Source: Callorhinchus milii (Eukaryota). Taken from it: a DNA stretch of 64,000 bases. A model generated the notes under the pieces. That model ran no database searches. It was not told the origin of the DNA and saw only the letters and a list, made by a program, of their open reading frames with translations. The first letter of the stretch is position 1. Each line of letters opens with the position of its first letter. Positions 50,190-64,000 of the stretch are shown here, in pieces. The stretch covers positions 4,154,001-4,218,000 of the forward strand of contig NW_024704769.1 of NCBI RefSeq assembly GCF_018977255.1, given 5' to 3'. A program made the position numbers and the translations under genes.

Positions 50190-50710
50190 CCCACAGAGGC
50201 CCCCTCCCCCCACAGTCACAGAGACCTCCCCCTCCCTCCCCTCCCCCACATAGACCCCCCCAGACCCCCTCCCCCCACATAGACACAGAGACCCCCTCTC
50301 CTCCCCCCACAGTCACAGAGACCCCCTCCCCCACAGAGATCCCCTCCCCCCACATAGACACAGAGACCCCCCTCACTCCCCCCAGTCACAGAGACCTCCC
50401 CCTCCCCCACAGAGACCCCCTCCCCTCACATAAACACAGAGACCCTCGCCCCTCCCCTCCCCCACATAGACACAGAGACCCCCCTCACTCCCCCCAGTCA
50501 CAGAGACCTCCCCCTCCCCCACAGAGACCCCCTCCCCTCACATAAACACAGAGACCCTCGCCCCTCCCCTCCCCCCACAATCACTGAGACCCCCCCCTCC
50601 CTCTGCTCCCCTCACATAGTCAGAGACTCCCCCCCCCCCCCCCTCCCCACTCCCTCCCCCTCCCCACTCCCTCCCCCCACATAGACACAGAGGCCGCCCC
50701 CCCCCCCCAG
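50190..50710. repeat. C-rich minisatellite (cacagagacc(c)n tccccc.. / cacatagacacagagacc), G-run-rich on the minus strand
   Basis: More than ten degenerate tandem units between the promoter and the LDB start exon. Confidence 0.85.
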
Positions 50711-50912
50711 TCGTCTCCGAGTCGCGTCTGGAAATTGCTTCGCGGGAGTGCACTGTTGAGCGCAGTGACTGCGTGTTTTTGTGGGCGAGACAGGGCAGCC
50801 AACTAACTGCGCGGTTTAACTGTGATCGTAGAGGGACTGGATCGCGCAGAGCCGGACGCTAAGGCGGTCTCCTCAAGTCTTCCACCTCAAGTGGAGTCCT
50901 GCAAAGGGCGCC

Positions 50913-58675
<7,763 letters not shown>

Positions 58676-59039
58676 CATTTAGTCCTGCTCGGGACAGTCA
58701 ACAAAACGCTTCTTTGACCAGTCAGTCAGTCACCCCAGGGCAAAAAATAAGTGTTTGTGTGAAGATCTGAATGAACCTCCAGTGTATTGGTGCACAACTG
58801 ACCTGTTTCAAAGCCTGAAGGTCCCAGGTTCTGACTTTTGACTTAGTTGATCTCAGATCACCAACAACGCCAACTAAAGATGATCTGTTTCCTAAACCTG
58901 GAAAGGAAAAATCTGCTGATTATTGTTCTACTGAAAATGATGTACATGTTTGCCCCACCTTATTGTAGCTTAGTCATTGTCTAGCATGTTAGATCACTGA
59001 CATTATTCTCCACATGAACCACCTAGTCTAATCCCATTG

Positions 59040-59395
59040 AGTCCTGTAGCTTAGGTTAGCCTCACCTCGCAAGTGAGAGGACCTGGGTTCGACTCCCGGG
59101 CAAAGTGAAACCCTGGGCAACTTTCTTTATTCCACACACCTCTGTTTACCTAGCAGCAATTAGGAACCTGGTTGTTAGTCAATTAGCAGATTGCTTTTCT
59201 GGAGGTACTAATCCTTTAGAAAAAATATATATAATTTGGTCATTTAATCCACAACTGCTGGACACTGCTGTGTGCAATTGGCTGCTGCCTTTTGCCCACA
59301 AAACAGTCAATTCACTTTACAGTATATTCTGTGAAGCGCTTTGAGACGTCTAGAAGACGTGACAAGGCGCTGTATCAAATACAAGAATCATTATT
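59040..59395 (+). mobile_element. tRNA-derived SINE (dominant family), in or near the LDB 3' UTR
   Basis: gtcctgtagcttaggttagc...gggttcgactcccggg...ctgtttacctagcagca...tgtgaagcgctttgagacgtc...tatcaaatacaag. Confidence 0.8.
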
Positions 59396-62366
59396 CTCCT
59401 GCCCACTCCCCATTCCCTTCAATATTCCTCCTTTTCAAGCATCTAATTCCCCTTTTTATACTTCAATGGTTTGTGTCAGAGAAGTCCACATTCCCCCCCC
59501 CCCCCACACCCCCTTCTGTGTAAAGATAGTTTCTCTAACCCTCCCTCTAATTCTTATTTCAATGCATGCCATCTCGCTGACTAGTCATCTATTCCTATTT
59601 ACCCTCTCAAAACCTTAAAGACCTCTATCAGGTCAGCCCTTAATTTCTCAGCTCTAGTTTTTTAATTTTTAAAAAAAAGCCCTAACTTTTCAAGTCTCTC
59701 TTGATTACTGTAACATCCCAGTGACTCTTTGCTGCACGTTTTAAATTGCTTTTACATCCTTCCAATAAACTACTGCGCAATATTCCCAACTGTGGCCTAA
59801 CTAAGGTCTTGTAAACGTTCCACGTGACCTGCTTGCTTTTGTATCCTATGCCTCTAGATATAAAGCTAAGTCTAGGTTCCCCCACGTGAAGAATAGAGGC
59901 AGTGGGTGAGGTACTGGAGGGCTGCTCGCACCTGGACCTGAACACCAACATTCAGCAGGGCCTTGAGGAGCGGAGGAGCACACAAACAGCTCAGTCACTG
60001 TGAGGGCAGCCGCCAATTGACATTTGTACTCTCGTTCCACTCAGCAAGCAGTCGCCAATGGGGCAAGTGAACAAGGGCAAGGAAAGCTGATGGGAGAGAA
60101 GTGGTGTTTCTCTTTACGTTGTCACCGTAGGTAGCCAAGAAAGTGGTTCAGAGTCAAATAGCCTTTGCTCAGTCCTGTCCTCCTGTGAGGGTCCCACTCT
60201 GTGTGAGTTGCAGAACCAATTCCACTCCCAGTAAGTACTGACACAGACCCCTTTAGGGGGAGCTTAATCCTCCCATTAGCAAAACCCACTAAATGTCAAA
60301 ATCAATTTTCACTGATTACATTGGGCCGTGGATGGCACTTGTTCCCATTCATATTTACGCATGTACAAAAAGGCTTTTTTTTTAATATATGTAGAAGTCC
60401 TGAAAAACATAATCATCTTTCAAACATGAAAAAAATTTGACGTTCGCCTTGAAGTCACTACACAAAACCCTAAACCCCTCGCCGTGCGGGAGATTAATTA
60501 GAAACACCCTCGACGACGACAGCTCCTCTTCCCAATTCTTCTGTGAACTAGAACGCATGAACTCCCCTCCCCAGTGCAGTGTAGCATTAAAGTCTGCAGA
60601 CCTCAGGGAAGTAATAGCTTGTATATTTTGCTCATCAACCTTCCTAGACCATTGCTTGTCCTTCCACTGTACCCCATCCAGGCAGTTTGCTCTAACAATC
60701 ATGGCCACCACATCTGACTTTAGGCTAGTGTAAGTTTTGGGGGTGAAAGCACTTATTTTCTGCCCTGCTGTCGGCTGACGTTTGTTCTGTGACCTGATTG
60801 CGTGACGCTGTACACTGTTCAGACTTTTTTTAAAAAAAACAAGGTTTGGATCAGCAATATTTTAATTGACGACGTTCTCTTTCCCAAATAATCTTTGAAG
60901 GATTTTATCAAAAAAAAATAACCAAAGCTGGTTCTTTAAACAATTCAGACAGAGGGTTTGTAGTAGAATCTGCTCTCTCCGCTGGACGCTAGCAGCAGCA
61001 GAAGCTGTTGAAAAGTTCTGGGTGCAGATGGATTTGTCCTCCTTCAGCCAGAAGGTCCCCACTGGCCTCAGCACCGCTATGTGATTAGGATCCCTCGTTG
61101 AAGAGAACTAACTGACTGATTGACAGTGAGGTTGAGCCTGGGATTTGGGCTGTTGTGCAGCAATCTTAACGATGGGGAGCCAGGAGAAAGCAGCTTTCAC
61201 CAATGCCCTCATGGATACGTATAGGAACACTACACTATAGTACACTACTGACCTCTGGAAATTGATCAGATTCTCTGACAAGCCCGACACTCATTGAGAC
61301 TGGAATTTAATGGAACAATGACTTCATGACCAATCACTCTTTTGGTGGCTTGTCTTTCCCATCTGGTCAGGTGCTGGTTGAGGTGGGAGGTTGAGTGACT
61401 AGGTGTCATTCCTTTCTCTATCGATGTGAGCGTGGTTCTGGAAACGGGCGAGTTGCCAACGGTAGCAGCTTCGGAGCTTTTAGCGAACGTGTTTTTTTTT
61501 TCTTCCGATGGGTTTAATAATGATAATCCTCTTCATGTTAGTGTTTGGAGTTCAACTGGGATCGCAACCAAAGTTGTCTTCCATCTGTCTGTGTGTGTGA
61601 ACACATTGTTAACCAATATGGAATTGAACCCCTTTGTATTTGCCTGATAAATGTACCTTACCTGCTTGAAAGGCACCCTCAATGTTTGCCCGCTGACTGT
61701 TTTGTGCAGGACCTCGCTGTGATATCTTCAGCATGTTGATGGCACAATCAAGAGACTCTTCAGCAAAGCAGCGCATCTTCACTGATCGTTTTGATTCCTC
61801 AGTTTATTTTCTTTCCCCAGGTTGAGTTTGCAACAGAGGAGTGTGTGTGTGTGCGCTCCCAACCTTAGGAGGTGTTACACTCAATGACGCTTAGGATGTG
61901 ACCTATAGTTTTGCCCACAAAATATACAGTCAATTCACTTTACAGTATATTCTGTGAAGCGCTTTGAGACGTCTCGAAGACGTGATCAGGCGCTGTATCA
62001 AATGCGAGGATTATTATTATATAGTCTTGCCTCTTTTAAAGAATTGCAGTATAGCAATAGAATATGGATATTGGGAAAGGCCGGAGGGAATGTAAAATAA
62101 AGGTGTGTGTACAAAATTAGTTTGTTTTCTCTTGTGTCTCTGTAACCCCTGATTTACTGCTGTCGGTGAGGTGATCAGCTAATGTTCTGGGAACCTCGGT
62201 ATCGTTCACATGAGCTCCAGCTTTTAACAAAGTGACCGAAGGAGGAAGTCAAAGAATTTGAAAAATCTGAGAGATCTTTAACTCATGCCTCACGGATTTT
62301 AATATTTAAAAAAAACCTCTTTGGATATCTTGTGTTGTCGAACTGCCTTCTTTCTTTGACACTACA

Positions 62367-62738
62367 GTGGAATCCTGAGCTCAGTGGTTACAGCACTCGC
62401 CTCGCAAGCGAGATGACATGGGGTTGATACCTGGGAGGGGCGAAACTTTGGGCAAGTTTCCTTACTCCACATCCTCTGTTAGAAGTAAGAAGGAACCCGG
62501 TTGTTAGTCGATTAGTGGATTACTTTTTGCGGGTAATAATCCCTTCAAAAAATAAAGAGATAATAATAATTTGATCACTCAATCCACGACTGTTTGTGGG
62601 GGACACTGCTGTGCACAATTGGCTGCCGCGTTTCGCCCACAAAATATACAGTCATTACACTTTACATATATTCTGTGAAGCGCTTTGAGACATCTCGAAG
62701 GCATGTGGCGCTATATCAAATGCAAGGATTATTATTAT
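62367..62738 (+). mobile_element. Full-length tRNA-derived SINE (dominant family)
   Basis: gtggaatcctgagctcagtggttacagcactcgcctcgcaagcgag... through ...gcgctatatcaaatgcaaggattattattatt. Confidence 0.85.
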
Positions 62739-63474
62739 TGCAGCTATATTGTTTGTATTCCTGAACATATCCCAAATGTTTCCCCCTTTTGTATAAGATG
62801 ACTGTAGCCTGAAAGATCGGGTTCTTGTTGATCTAAGTTTGTCTTGTTACAGACACTATCTATTTGAATAAAAACCTAACTGTATTTGTGACAACGTTCT
62901 GCTGTTTTTCTTTTTTCTTTTGACTTCTCCTCTCCTTGTTCCCTGGATGAGCTGGTGTTAGTTAGTGTTGCGGTCTATGCCATGTTGGTGCCCGTGTTGG
63001 CAGACTGCACACTTTGCTGCGCTACAGTGCTCAGGAAATAGTTTGTGTTCTTTCAAGACATTAATAGCATATAATCAAAGGTAATGCTAATTTTCAGTAC
63101 ATAAGGCCGTTCAAATCCATTGTGTCTGGCATTGCACCCCGAAACTCTGGAACTCCCTGCTTCAATCCCTCTGAATTTTCCCCCACTTTGCGGATCTTCA
63201 AATCGCACCTGAAGACCTTCCCCTTTGACTCTGCCTCCGGGTTGGCATCAGGCTCTGCCGTTGTTGAGCGCTCTGTGAGACATTGGTCCGCGTGAAGAGC
63301 GCTGTACAAATCCCAAGTTTTTTGTTGTCAGTAAAAATTTAGCAGATTTGCTTGTGAAAGAGAGAGAGAATGCTTGGGTGACAGTTTTACACGACTCTCA
63401 GCACTATTAAGAAGCCTCAAGCAAAGTAGTTGGCACTCAATTTACACTTCCCTACGGTCTTTCTATCGCCTTAG

Positions 63475-63732
63475 CAGGGTGATCCAACTGGCGGCTCGCG
63501 GGCCACATCCGGCCCACAAACCATTTCCAACTTCATTGTCCAACGAGCAAATACAGGCGACAAGCAGCCCACGAGCCAATCGGGAGACGGTCTCCAGGGC
63601 CTCCGACTGTGCCGGGCAACGGGATTAGACAATCGGAATAAAATATTGGTCGTTTCTTAAATCCGGTCTCCGGCCCTCGGCAGCCAAACGCCTGGACCTT
63701 CACTGCCCTGGGTTAATGGTTTGCCAGCCCCG
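63475..63732. mobile_element. Possible degenerate hAT-type MITE
   Basis: Starts cagggtgatccaactggcggctcgcgggccacatccggccc and ends ...gtttgccagcccc, resembling hAT/Charlie-type terminal motifs. The TIRs are imperfect. Confidence 0.35.
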
Positions 63733-64000
63733 TGATAGGAGTGGCTGTCCCTCTCCATGGGAGGAAACGCATGTATTGATGACTCGTACGCAAGCTGCTA
63801 CTGAAGCCTGGGGGTGTGTGAGGGATGCTGCCGTTGGAAGAACGAAGACAAGCTGAGAAGGTAAGTCGTTCCCATTTGCTGAAGAATCATTATTATTATA
63901 ATCGGAAACTCTCGATAATATAGGTTATAATCGGGCACGCGTGTGTCAGCCTGGCTCTCGCCTCCGAGTCAGGAAGTTGTGGGTTCAAGCCATCACATCG

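Noticed and set aside
62367-62440. tRNA-like sequences at the heads of repeated elements
   Set aside because: They are SINE heads, always followed by the SINE body, and form no clean cloverleaf.

Overview
Eukaryotic (vertebrate) genomic DNA, most likely from a cartilaginous fish. That taxon is an inference from the dense tRNA-derived/Deu-type SINE, L2 and CR1 landscape and the degree of protein divergence. I reconstructed five spliced protein-coding genes by hand from GT-AG junctions and reading frames: (1) a 5'-truncated astacin-family zinc metalloprotease with a large mucin-like 16-aa-repeat stalk and a C-terminal MAM domain (+); (2) DDX56 (+, 14 exons); (3) NPC1L1 (+, 19 exons, with one 1-nt frameshift in exon 6); (4) YKT6 (-, 7 coding exons); (5) a divergent LDB1/LDB2-family gene (+) head-to-head with YKT6. 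DDX56-NPC1L1-YKT6 matches the human 7p13 neighbourhood. The best leads are the LDB gene as a candidate third LDB ohnologue absent from mammals, the astacin-mucin-MAM protease with a Met-turn Met->Leu change, and an orphan CCAAT/MYB-motif CpG-island promoter at ~21.7-22.3 kb with candidate non-coding exons. Three single-base indels in short homopolymers may be assembly errors; the window also has a scaffold gap. No database searches were run, so comparisons to human proteins are from memory.
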